Assembly: GCA_050115495.1 (NCBI GenBank)
Contig: JASFQK010000042.1
Coordinates: forward strand, 1 to 58,511
Length of the DNA stretch: 58,511 nucleotides
Reading direction: 5' to 3'
Origin: Phycisphaerae bacterium
Lineage (GTDB): Bacteria > Planctomycetota > Phycisphaerae > UBA1845 > Fen-1342
In this document: in pieces, positions 1 through 8,493 of the stretch
Layout of the letters: each line of letters opens with the position of its first letter
How positions within the stretch are numbered: the stretch's first letter is position 1
Notes under the pieces: generated by a model
The model's database searches: none
What the model saw: only the letters and a program-made list of their open reading frames with translations
What the model was told of the DNA's origin: nothing
Position numbers and translations under genes: made by a program

Positions 1-79
1 GTTCGGGGTGTGGCTGGAGATCGGAGAGCAACGCCGTCAGGGCGAAGGCGTGCGGTTGGTGCGTGGTCGGTGTGGTCAT
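1..79 (-). CDS. 5' end of module gene B, copy 1 (HEPN/Abi-like protein); runs off the window edge
   Basis: The minus strand from ATG at 79 reads MTTPTTHQPHAFALTALLSDLQPHPE, matching FTLTALLHDLQPHPE of 42468..43166. The RBS context cgcagcagaggacgaacaccATG matches cgcagcaaaggacaaatacgATG in copy 2. Not in the ORF track because it is truncated. Confidence 0.85.
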   Translation of the reverse strand, partial: MTTPTTHQPHAFALTALLSDLQPHPE

Positions 80-160
80 GGTGTTCGTCCTCTGCTGCGA
101 TGAGCTTCTCCGGTTCGGCGACGGATTGGGCGGGCACGGCACGCCCTACTTGGGCTCGTC

Positions 161-706
161 CTAATCGTTCATGCGTGCCCACCACTTCTGCCACCACATC
201 GCCCGCGGGGCATCGTCGATCTCGGCCAGCTCGGCCTCGACAATCAGCTCGTCCAGGCATGCGCCGACCAGGCTCAACAACCCGTGTTTGACTGCCGCGT
301 GCCGCTCGACGTACGCGACCCACTTGTCCGGCAGTTCCTCCGGCGTGTGGTTCTCCCCGCCCGGCACTCGCTTCATGAAGCCGGCGGCTCCCAACCGCCG
401 CAGGCACTCGGCCAGCACGTCGAGGACGGTCTTGCGGTTCGCGTTCTTGACCCAGAAATACGGGTGGTCTTCATGATCGAGCCCGTCGGGGCCGGCGACG
501 TCGTAGATGATGGTTCGATAGCGAGGACCGCCGGGGACCTGCTGGAAGAGAGTGGCGGCCCGGAAGTAGACGCCCAGACGCAGCAGATCGCGTGCCACGT
601 GTGCCACCCAGAACTGCACCATGCTGGGCAGGTCCTCGGCATCCAAGACACGGGCGAAGCGCTGCTCGTTCATGCCGTTCATCGTGAACTCGTGGGAACG
701 AAACAT
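161..706 (-). CDS. Module gene A, copy 1: hypothetical protein (~181 aa), paralog of 41875..42471
   Basis: ATG at 706 preceded by AAAGGGG. Shares YF.A....Q(V/I)PG, L(D/N)VLA..L.RL, VPGG and GLL..V..CLD.L.V blocks with 41875..42471. The frame stays open upstream to 1021. Confidence 0.8.
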   Translation of the reverse strand: MFRSHEFTMNGMNEQRFARVLDAEDLPSMVQFWVAHVARDLLRLGVYFRAATLFQQVPGGPRYRTIIYDVAGPDGLDHEDHPYFWVKNANRKTVLDVLAECLRRLGAAGFMKRVPGGENHTPEELPDKWVAYVERHAAVKHGLLSLVGACLDELIVEAELAEIDDAPRAMWWQKWWARMND

Positions 707-841
707 GGGATTGCCCCTTTGCGTAGGAAACCTGCGGCCGCGATCCCGCGGCCGCGCCGACGTCATGCGTCCGGCGAGCCATGTGGGGCGGATCGTGCCC
801 GCCGCGGGTGTTCGGACGGATTCGCGATTGGCGGGCACGGC

Positions 842-1116
842 CCGCCCTGCATTGGCGCGCAGGGGTGGCGACGCCGTTGGGGACGGCGAAACGTCGAAGG
901 CTGATGGCACCAAAAGGAAACGGGCGCCACCCGATGCGCTAAAGGTCACGGGCAAACCGTCACGTCCGCTCCCGCAACCCCGCGCACCGGGTAGCGCCCG
1001 CATGATAAGCGCGGACACCAACCCGGGCGAGGCGGCCTTGGTCAGACTGGCACAACGATTAAGGTTGACGGCATGTCAACCAGCAACGTTGTGTTGACGG
1101 TTCGTACGCCAAGACA
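842..1116 (-). ncRNA. Conserved structured leader RNA, copy 1 (antisense-like domain 1116-1035; long hairpin 1000-921; U-tract 920-912)
   Basis: 842-1018 aligns without gaps to 41644-41820 (25 differences in 177 nt by hand count). Stems are kept by compensatory and G·U changes, and G·U pairs form only on this strand. Confidence 0.75.
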
Positions 1117-1149
1117 TCGCATTTATGCGCATATTTGCGACATTGTCAA
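1117..1149 (-). promoter_or_regulatory. Sigma70-like promoter (TTGACA at 1149-1144, -10 region ~1127-1121) overlapped by a 24-bp palindrome, a probable XRE operator
   Basis: Perfect -35 hexamer. TCGCA-tt-TATGCGCATA-tt-TGCGA at 1117-1140 lies across the spacer and -10. The predicted start falls at the 5' end of the leader RNA. Confidence 0.6.
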
Positions 1150-1221
1150 GGCAAATCCGCCCGTGTACTTTCACTTTGGCGCGATCGACGTCCTTGGGCC
1201 GCAACCGCGTGAGTAGATGAC

Positions 1222-1500
1222 GTGCCTATCGATTGGTGGTCGAGATACGAAACGAGAATGCGTCGTGGCGAGTTTCGTCTCCTCAAGAAGGACGTGGCGG
1301 AAGCTGCCGGCGTCTCCTATTCGCAACTGAACCGCTGGATGAACGGGCACGGGGAACCCAGCATTTCACAGGCGGCCGCGATGGTACTGCTGGTCGACGC
1401 CAGCCTGGACGAGATCTTCCTTCCCGATGCGCGTGCGAAGCGACTCGCGCAGAGACGGGCTACCGACCGACGACGCACTGCCACTCGCCGGGATTCATAG
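1222..1500 (+). CDS. XRE-family helix-turn-helix transcriptional regulator
   Basis: KKDVAEAAGVSYSQLNRWMNGHGEPS is a typical HTH_3 motif; transcribed divergently from the leader/gene A unit. Confidence 0.85.
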   Translation: MPIDWWSRYETRMRRGEFRLLKKDVAEAAGVSYSQLNRWMNGHGEPSISQAAAMVLLVDASLDEIFLPDARAKRLAQRRATDRRRTATRRDS

Positions 1501-1511
1501 GGCAGGAGGAA

Positions 1512-1690
1512 GCAGGGCGGGCCGTGCCCGCCGGTGGGAGTGTGCCGGGGGAATTGGCGTGCACGGCCCGCCGTACGCTTGCTTCGGTGCGCGCGCCGTT
1601 CGGCGATCGACGTCGGCCACGGGGGGCCGACGCTACGTTCCCGGTCGTGCGTTCGCCAGTGTTCCACGTCCGACGCGGAGGTCGGACGCC
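1512..1690. repeat. Mosaic REP-like cluster (inverted pair of G(T/C)AGGGCGGGCCGTGCCCGCC-type units plus GTAGCGTCGG-type palindromes)
   Basis: Units at 1512-1532 and 1556-1576 are inverted. 1600-1654 is identical to 2993-3047, and 1670-1689 recurs at 3244-3263. Confidence 0.8.
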
Positions 1691-1870
1691 ATGGACGGCA
1701 GTGGGCCAAATGGCCTTGATCGGCACGTCCGGCCAGCGTAAGCTTAAGGCAGCGAATGGGCCGTGCGGTACGGAACCATCCGCAGACTGGTGTGGGAACA
1801 CCACCCGCGGGGCGGGTATGACAACGCGCGAGACGCTTCCTGTCCGCGCCGCGCCACTGGGGAGGTTGCC

Positions 1871-2908
1871 ATGAATACGAATCGTGCGATGAGAGGGGTT
1901 GCCGCTGTTGAACTTCTGGTCGTGGCGGCGGCCGGGGCGCTTCTGCTGACCATGACCATTACCGGAGCACGTGGGATTCGCGCCCGGGGGCGGCAGGCCT
2001 CCTGCCTGGAGAACCTACACCGCATCGGTGCGGCGACGCTGGCCTACTCCATCGACGACCCGCGCAACCAAGCCGTGCCCTTGCACCGGATGCACGTATC
2101 GATACACATGGGCGATGGCTTCCCCCCCGAATACGCTTGGCGCACCGCACTCCCGTTCTCCTTCGGCGGTCGCACGGCGACTGTGCCGATGCCCACGGCC
2201 CAGGGCAACGTGACGGTCATGACCGACCCGGCCGGCTACTGGGGAGCAAAAACCAAGCCGCTGAACAGCTACCTGGCCGGGCCCGCTTCCGTCGGGCTGG
2301 AGACCTTCCACTGCCCGGCAGACACTGGATTCGTGGAGGACTGGGGCTGGGAGGCTCCCGCCGAAGCCGCCGGAATCCCCTGCTTCGACATCCTCGGCAA
2401 CAGCTACCGCAGCACCCGGCTCGGCATCGTCTGGGCCAGTGGCTCGGCGGCCCACGGGTTCGTCACGTCCGCGCCTCACGGGCATACGGCGGCCTCGCTC
2501 GAGGGCCCGCTGGCTGAGACGGTGCTGTACTGCGATCCCTTCTTCTACGACTACTCACATTCGCTCTCCAATGACCCGGACCTCCCGCCGCTTCCCGGCT
2601 GGCACGGTGAGCTGATGGCCGACAACGTCGCCTACTGCGACGGCTCGGCCCGCCAAACGCAACTGGGTGAGTTGTACGACTTCACGGATGAGGAGCTCGA
2701 CGAGATGGGGGTCACGGCAGACTTCCCCTCGCGCTACTTCCTCAGGCGCGGGCCGAACTGGCGGATGGACGTGTACCCCACGCCGGGGGCCGTGATCCAG
2801 GTGTACCAAGACAACGGCTGGCTGGCCTTCGACGTTGTGAGCTCCCTACAGGCGGCAGGCTACCGCGGTTGGCCTTTCGCTGATTTCCAGGTCAACGAAG
2901 CGCCCTGA
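1871..2908 (+). CDS. Prepilin-type N-terminal / DUF1559-like (H-X9-DG) secreted protein
   Basis: RG|VAAVELLVV pilin-like N-terminus, C..NL..IG, FHCPAD and WH....NVAYCDGSA motifs; GGAGG RBS before ATG 1871. Confidence 0.8.
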   Translation: MNTNRAMRGVAAVELLVVAAAGALLLTMTITGARGIRARGRQASCLENLHRIGAATLAYSIDDPRNQAVPLHRMHVSIHMGDGFPPEYAWRTALPFSFGGRTATVPMPTAQGNVTVMTDPAGYWGAKTKPLNSYLAGPASVGLETFHCPADTGFVEDWGWEAPAEAAGIPCFDILGNSYRSTRLGIVWASGSAAHGFVTSAPHGHTAASLEGPLAETVLYCDPFFYDYSHSLSNDPDLPPLPGWHGELMADNVAYCDGSARQTQLGELYDFTDEELDEMGVTADFPSRYFLRRGPNWRMDVYPTPGAVIQVYQDNGWLAFDVVSSLQAAGYRGWPFADFQVNEAP

Positions 2909-2953
2909 CGTTCCCGCAGAGCGCGCGTAACCTTCGGCGCGCGGTGCGACACC

Positions 2954-3266
2954 CGGTGCCACTGGTGGCTTGTCCACCAGTGCCGTCATCGCTCGGCGAT
3001 CGACGTCGGCCACGGGGGGCCGACGCTACGTTCCCGGTCGTGCGTTCCCCAGCGTTCCGCGTCCGACATCCCAGCGCGCTGGGAGACGCTACGGTGTGTG
3101 GCATGCGGAAGCGCAGCGCCGGCATGTTCTTCCTGACGCGGAGGAAAGACATGCCGGCGCCCAAGGCTTCAGCATGCCACACTGCCCGGCTCAAGGCTTG
3201 TCTCAAGGCTGAGGGCTGACGGCTGATGGCTCCCCCAAGACATCCGACGCGGAGGTCGGACGCTAC
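2954..3266. repeat. Mosaic REP/BIME-like cluster of several palindrome classes
   Basis: Contains GGTGCCACTGGTGGCTTGTCCACCAGTG (also at 9281-9309, inverted), CGTCGGCCACGGGGGGCCGACGCTAC, an 87-bp hairpin at 3096-3182 (also at 58416-58502) and GGCTGAN 7-mers at 3207-3231. Confidence 0.8.
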
Positions 3267-3838
3267 GCGCGCGGGAGGGCTTGCGCCCACTCATGCCAGG
3301 CGTCGAGGAGCGGGCGGCGCTTGGGGCGGTCGACTTCGAAACCGTAGGCAGTCATCTCGGCCAGGGCCTGCTCCACCGACCACTGACACAGCCGCACGCG
3401 GTACGCCGCACACAGCACGCCCGTGCGGTGAAACCCCTGCTCGCAATGCACCAGCACCGGCCGGCTGGCCTCGTCGGCGACGATGGCCAGGAAGCGGTCG
3501 AAGACCTCCGCCGGCGGGACGGCCTTGTCGGAGAAGGGCATGTGCACCAGCCGCACGCCCGTGCGTTCGCACCAGGCCCGCTGCTTGCGGAACCAGCGGC
3601 CTCGCAAGGGGTGCCGCGTCCCGCCACGAGCACAGACGATCGTGCCCAAGCCGTGGGTGGCGTGGATGATTTCGAGGTCGCGCACGTGCGGTTGACCGCA
3701 GCGCAGCAGCACACCCGGCGTCACCACGTGGAAATGGGTCAACCCGTCGTAACGGCTGCCGAACAGCCCGCTCAGCCAGAGACGCCACTGGTGCAGGTCG
3801 CCGGCCCCGCTGCGCAGTGTGGGAGGATCGGCGGGCAT
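3263..3838 (-). CDS. Cys-based protein-tyrosine/dual-specificity phosphatase family protein (Siw14/PFA-DSP-like P-loop)
   Basis: PVLVHCEQGFHRTG (CX5R) motif; its start overlaps the pyrH stop. Confidence 0.85.
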   Translation of the reverse strand: MPADPPTLRSGAGDLHQWRLWLSGLFGSRYDGLTHFHVVTPGVLLRCGQPHVRDLEIIHATHGLGTIVCARGGTRHPLRGRWFRKQRAWCERTGVRLVHMPFSDKAVPPAEVFDRFLAIVADEASRPVLVHCEQGFHRTGVLCAAYRVRLCQWSVEQALAEMTAYGFEVDRPKRRPLLDAWHEWAQALPRA

Positions 3839-4566
3839 CAGCTCTCGTCGACGCGCGTGCCGAGTGCCTCACCCAGGACGACGCGGCGCATCGTGCCCGG
3901 CTGCAGCATGTTGAAGACGATGATCGGGACGTGGTGCTGCTGGCAGATGTCCACGGCGGAGACGTCCATGACCCGCAGCCGCCCATCGATGACCTGGTTG
4001 TACGTCAGGTGCTCGTAGAGTGTGGCGTCCGGGTTCAACTTGGGATCGTCGTTGTACACGCCGTCGACCTTGGTCGCCTTGAGCAGGGCGTCGGCGCCGA
4101 GCTCCGCCGCCCGCAGGGCCGCGCAGGAGTCGGTCGTCACGTGCGGGTTGCCCGTGCCGCCGGCGAGGATGACCACGCGCCCCTTCTCCAGGTGACGGAC
4201 GGCCCGCCGGCGAATGAAGGGCTCGCAGACGCGGGCGACGCTTAGGGCGCTCTGCACGCGGGTGTCGTGGCCCAGCCGTTCGAGCCCCTCCTGCAACGCC
4301 AGGGCGTTCAGCACGGTGGCCAGCATGCCCATGTAGTCGGCCGTGGCCACGGCGATACCCAGCTCATCGCTGAAACGGGCCCCGCGCAGGAAGTTCCCGC
4401 CACCGACCACCACGGCGAGCTGCACGCCCGTCTGGAGCACGGTATCGATCTCGCCGGAGATGCGGTCCAGCTCGGCCCGGTTCACGCCGAAGCCGCCCGG
4501 CGGGCAGAAGCCTTCGCCGGAGATCTTGAGAAGAACACGCGAATACTGCGGGGTCGGTGTCGTCAT
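3838..4566 (-). CDS. pyrH: UMP kinase
   Basis: RVLLKISGE, VVGGGNFLRG, DYMGMLATVLN, GTGNPHVTTDS and KATKVDGVY motifs. Confidence 0.97.
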   Translation of the reverse strand: MTTPTPQYSRVLLKISGEGFCPPGGFGVNRAELDRISGEIDTVLQTGVQLAVVVGGGNFLRGARFSDELGIAVATADYMGMLATVLNALALQEGLERLGHDTRVQSALSVARVCEPFIRRRAVRHLEKGRVVILAGGTGNPHVTTDSCAALRAAELGADALLKATKVDGVYNDDPKLNPDATLYEHLTYNQVIDGRLRVMDVSAVDICQQHHVPIIVFNMLQPGTMRRVVLGEALGTRVDES

Positions 4567-4705
4567 AGCGGTCCTGCTCGCCAGCGGTTACCTCCAGTTC
4601 GGCGGCGATGATAGTCGGCCCCGGCGGGCATGACCAGCCGCCGGCCCGAGCCACCCGCCGGCAAGACGCTGGAGAACGACCGGCACTTGCGGTTAGACTC
4701 TCGGC

Positions 4706-5791
4706 GTGAAAGACCCAGCAAAGAAAGCACGGCCCCCCCGCCGAACGTACCAGGCCGCCGGCGTCAGCCTCGACGCCGCCGACGAGTTCGAGGACCTGAT
4801 CGGCCCGCTCGTTCGGCGGACGTACAGCCCGCGCGTCCTGGACAGCCACGGAGCATTCGCCGGCCTGTTCCGGCTCGACTACGACGAGCGGCTGTTCGCC
4901 CGGAATTACCGCGAGCCGGTACTCGTGTCCTGCACCGACGGCGTCGGCAGCAAGGTCATCGTGGCCCATCAGGCCCGCCGGTACGACACGGTCGGCATCG
5001 ACCTCGTGGCGATGAGCGTCAACGACCTGCTGTGCTGCGGGGCGGAGCCGCTGTTCTTCCTGGACTACGTGGCCGTGCACACGCTCGACCCGAAGGATGT
5101 CGCCGCCATCGTCCGCGGCGTCGTCGAGGGCTGTGCGCAAGCCGGCTGTGCCCTGCTCGGCGGGGAGACGGCCGAAATGCCCGACCTGTACCGCCGCGGC
5201 CATTTCGACCTGGCCGGCTTCGCTGTCGGCGTGGTGGAGCGGCGGCGGATGCTGGGACGAAAACGCGTGCAGGCCGGCGACGAGGTCGTAGGCGTCCTCT
5301 CCAGCGGACTGCACTCCAATGGCTACGCCCTGGCCCGCAAGCTTCTGCTCGAAGACGTCGGCCTCGACCTGCACACGCCGGTGCACAGCATCGGCGAATC
5401 GCTGGCGGACGCCCTGCTGCGGCCCACGCGCATCTACGTCCGCCCGGTGCTGAAGGTCCTGCGGCGCTACCGGCGGAAGTTCATGGTCTCGGCCATGGCG
5501 CACATCACGGGTGGCGGGCTGCCGGGGAACCTGCCGCGGGTGCTGCCGGACGATTGCGATATGGTGATCCGCCGCGGCTCGTGGCCGGTGCCGCCGATCT
5601 TCGGGCTGCTGGAGCACCACGGCGTGGCGGAAGACGAGATGTACCGGGTGTTCAACATGGGCATCGGCTTCGTGCTGACGGTGCGGCCGACGGCGGTGCA
5701 GACGGTGATGGACACGTTGCGGCGAGAGGGCGAGCAGGCCTTTGTCATCGGGCGCGTGCGGCGGGGGCGCGGCCGGGTGGAGTTGCGCTGA
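4706..5791 (+). CDS. purM: Phosphoribosylformylglycinamidine cyclo-ligase (AIR synthetase)
   Basis: TYQAAGV, TDGVGSK, GIDLVAMSVND, GGETAEMP, SSGLHSNGY, HITGGG and FNMGIG motifs. Confidence 0.97.
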   Translation: MKDPAKKARPPRRTYQAAGVSLDAADEFEDLIGPLVRRTYSPRVLDSHGAFAGLFRLDYDERLFARNYREPVLVSCTDGVGSKVIVAHQARRYDTVGIDLVAMSVNDLLCCGAEPLFFLDYVAVHTLDPKDVAAIVRGVVEGCAQAGCALLGGETAEMPDLYRRGHFDLAGFAVGVVERRRMLGRKRVQAGDEVVGVLSSGLHSNGYALARKLLLEDVGLDLHTPVHSIGESLADALLRPTRIYVRPVLKVLRRYRRKFMVSAMAHITGGGLPGNLPRVLPDDCDMVIRRGSWPVPPIFGLLEHHGVAEDEMYRVFNMGIGFVLTVRPTAVQTVMDTLRREGEQAFVIGRVRRGRGRVELR

Positions 5792-5792
5792 T

Positions 5793-6767
5793 ATGGCAAG
5801 CGTGGTAACGCGAGGGACGCTGGGGGCGGCGCTGGCCGTGCTGCTCGGTATCGCGACCGGTTGCGGCCCGTCGAGACCGCAGCGTGTCCCGGTGTCGTAC
5901 GAAGTCACCGGCTGGGAGTTCGGCGGGGCTCCCGGGCAGAAGCTGACGACGCCGCACTACGACGTCTACACAACAGTGACGGACCCGGTGCTGGTGAAGG
6001 CGTTTCCGGAACTGCTGGAGCGGGCGTTCGCCTTCTATCAGGAACTGGTGCCGCTGGACCGCGAGCCGGAGCAGCGGATGCAGGTCTACCTGTTCGCCAC
6101 GCGCGAGCAGTGGGCGTACTTCACGCGGCGGCTGACCGGGCCGCGGGCCGAGGTCTTCCTGCGCATCCGCAACGGCGGCTATTCGGAAGGCGGCATCTCG
6201 GTCATCCAGTACGTCGCCCACCAGGTCACGTTCCCGCTGCTGGCCCACGAGGGCCTGCACCAATACTTGCATCACTGCGTACGGACGGACGTGCCGGCGT
6301 GGCTGAATGAGGGGCTGGCCGTTACGTGCGAGGGGCAGCGCTGGACGGGCGATGGGCTGGACGCGTTCGATCGCTGGTACAACCCCGCCCGCAAGAACCA
6401 GCTCGCCGAGGCCCTGCTGCGCAAGCGCCTGTTCCCGCTTCAGGAGCTGCTGGCCACGCACGCCGGCAAGGTCGTTCACGAAACGAGCAGCCGCGTGGCG
6501 ACCTACTATGCCCAGGTCTGGGCGCTGACACTGTTCCTCACCGAAGGCGAAGACGGCAAGTACGCCGAGCGCTTCGACCAGTTGCGCCACGCCCTGTCCT
6601 CGCCGGAGCTCGACCAGCGCCTGGCCACGGAGCAGGTCTTCGTCGAGGGCGGCCGGCGGCTCAGCCGCGGCGAAGCGCTGTTCCGCAGCTACATCTCGGA
6701 CGACGTGGCGGCGGTCGAGCGCGAGTACCTGGCCTTCATGCGCGAGCGAATTCTCGGGTCGGACTAG
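5793..6767 (+). CDS. DUF1570-like lipoprotein (HExxH metallopeptidase-like)
   Basis: Lipobox-like IATGC; AHEGLHQ and PAWLNEGLA motifs; YAQVWAL. Confidence 0.75.
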   Translation: MASVVTRGTLGAALAVLLGIATGCGPSRPQRVPVSYEVTGWEFGGAPGQKLTTPHYDVYTTVTDPVLVKAFPELLERAFAFYQELVPLDREPEQRMQVYLFATREQWAYFTRRLTGPRAEVFLRIRNGGYSEGGISVIQYVAHQVTFPLLAHEGLHQYLHHCVRTDVPAWLNEGLAVTCEGQRWTGDGLDAFDRWYNPARKNQLAEALLRKRLFPLQELLATHAGKVVHETSSRVATYYAQVWALTLFLTEGEDGKYAERFDQLRHALSSPELDQRLATEQVFVEGGRRLSRGEALFRSYISDDVAAVEREYLAFMRERILGSD

Positions 6768-6791
6768 ACGGCTCGGCAGGAGACGAACCCC

Positions 6792-7127
6792 ATGGCGGAA
6801 ACCATCCAATTCGACGATTTTCAGAAGGTCGAACTGCGGGTCGGCACGGTGCTGAAAGCCGAGGCCCACCCGAACGCGGACAAGCTGCTCGTGCTGCAAG
6901 TCGATCTCGGCACGGAGCAGCGGCAGGTCATCGCCGGCATGCGGGCCTATTACACGCCGGAGGAAATCGTCGGCAAACAGATCATCGTGGTGACGAACCT
7001 GGCCCCGCGGCAGATGCGCGGACTCGAAAGCCAGGGCATGCTGCTGGCGGCCTCCAGCGACGATCGCAGCCAGGTTGTCCTGCTGACCGTTGACCGGCCG
7101 CTCCCGGCCGGAGCCACGATCTCTTGA
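6792..7127 (+). CDS. Stand-alone tRNA-binding OB-fold protein (MetRS C-terminal/beta subunit, CsaA-like)
   Basis: IQFDDFQKVELRVGTV, HPNADKLL and NLAPRQMRGLESQGMLLAA. Confidence 0.9.
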   Translation: MAETIQFDDFQKVELRVGTVLKAEAHPNADKLLVLQVDLGTEQRQVIAGMRAYYTPEEIVGKQIIVVTNLAPRQMRGLESQGMLLAASSDDRSQVVLLTVDRPLPAGATIS

Positions 7128-8389
7128 GCGACGCCATGGTCTCGCCGGGCGCCACCAAGTCGGAGCTGTTGCTCACCGATATCCGCACCCTGGTCGCCGT
7201 GCGGCCGGGTCCGCTGGCCGGCGCGGCGGCGGGCCAAGTGGAAGTCGTCCGCGACGCGGCACTGCTCGTGCGCGGCGGGGTCATCGCTTGGTTCGGGTCG
7301 GCGGCGCAGGCGCCGCGCGCGGCTCACACGCTCTCCGCCGAGGGCGGCTGCGTTATCCCCGGCCTGATCGACCCGCACACGCACATTCCCTTCATCGGCG
7401 ACCGCAGTGGCGAGTTCTGCCGGCGGCTGGCCGGCGAGTCGTACCTGTCCATCATGCAGCAGGGCGGGGGCATCCGCGTCACGACCGCAGCGGTACGCCA
7501 GGCGAGCCAGGAAGACCTGGTCACCGAGAACCTGCCGCGGCTGGCCCGCATGCTGGGTTACGGCGTAACCACGGTCGAGTGCAAGAGCGGCTACGGCCTG
7601 TCGCCCGAGCACGAGCTGAAGCAGCTCCGGGCAATCCGCGACCTGGCCGGGCGGCAGCCGATCGAACTCGTGGCCACGTACCTCGGCGCGCATGCCCTGC
7701 CCGCCGAATACGAGGGCCGGCCCGACGCGTTCATCGACGCCCTGAGCGATCCGGAGCTGCTGCGGACGATCGTCGAAGAGAAGCTGGCCGCCTTCTGCGA
7801 CGTGTTCTGCGACCACGGGGCGTTCACGGTCGAACAGGCCCGGCGGGTGCTGACGCGAGCTCGGGTGGCCGGTCTGCGGCCCAAGCTGCACGCCGACGAG
7901 TTGGCCCAGATCGGCGCCACGGCCCTGGCGGGCGAGGTACAGGCCGTCTCCGCCGACCATCTCGAACACATCGACGATGCCGGCCTGGCCGCGATGCGGG
8001 CCGGCGGATCGGTTGCGGTCGTCCTGCCGGGTACGTCGTTCTTCCTGGGCATTCCGCACTGCGACGCCCGGCGGCTGATCGAGGCCGAGTTGCCCGTCGC
8101 TCTGGCGACCGACTTCAACCCCGGCTCGTGCATGATCGAGTCACTGCCGCTGATCATGAACATCGCCGCCTGCCAGTTGCGCATGAGCCCGCACGAGGTG
8201 CTCGTCGCCTGCACAGCCAACGCAGCGGCGGCGATCGGGCAGGCACACCGCATCGGGGCGATAGAAGTGGGCCACCAGGCCGACCTCGCCGTGCTGGCCG
8301 CGCCGACACTCGAAGACTGGTTCTACACCCCCGGCCGCACCCGCGTGCGCCACGTGCTCAAGCGCGGCGACGTGGTGCACTCAGCGTAG
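7124..8389 (+). CDS. hutI: Imidazolonepropionase
   Basis: PGLIDPHTH, GGGIRVT, ECKSGYGL, LGAHA, DVFCD, KLHADE, SADHLE and ALATDFNPGS. The start may be ATG 7136. Confidence 0.95.
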   Translation: MSDAMVSPGATKSELLLTDIRTLVAVRPGPLAGAAAGQVEVVRDAALLVRGGVIAWFGSAAQAPRAAHTLSAEGGCVIPGLIDPHTHIPFIGDRSGEFCRRLAGESYLSIMQQGGGIRVTTAAVRQASQEDLVTENLPRLARMLGYGVTTVECKSGYGLSPEHELKQLRAIRDLAGRQPIELVATYLGAHALPAEYEGRPDAFIDALSDPELLRTIVEEKLAAFCDVFCDHGAFTVEQARRVLTRARVAGLRPKLHADELAQIGATALAGEVQAVSADHLEHIDDAGLAAMRAGGSVAVVLPGTSFFLGIPHCDARRLIEAELPVALATDFNPGSCMIESLPLIMNIAACQLRMSPHEVLVACTANAAAAIGQAHRIGAIEVGHQADLAVLAAPTLEDWFYTPGRTRVRHVLKRGDVVHSA

Positions 8390-8474
8390 CTGAAAAAGGG
8401 GACTGGCTCCGCCCCGTCGAAGGGTCGCCGGTCGCAATGCTGCACAAGGCGCGGTGCCTGTCCCCTCTTTCAGC
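8389..8474. repeat. REP/MITE-like inverted-repeat element (TGAAAAAGGGGACTGGCTCC...GGTGCCTGTCCCCTCTTTCA)
   Basis: The same ends with a different interior occur at 28351-28437; both copies lie between convergent genes. Confidence 0.75.
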
Positions 8475-8493
8475 GGCCCGGCCCGTCAGCGGT

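Noticed and set aside
1512..3266. REP clusters as a CRISPR array
   Set aside because: The units are heterogeneous palindromes without regular spacing or unique equal-length spacers, and no cas genes are present.
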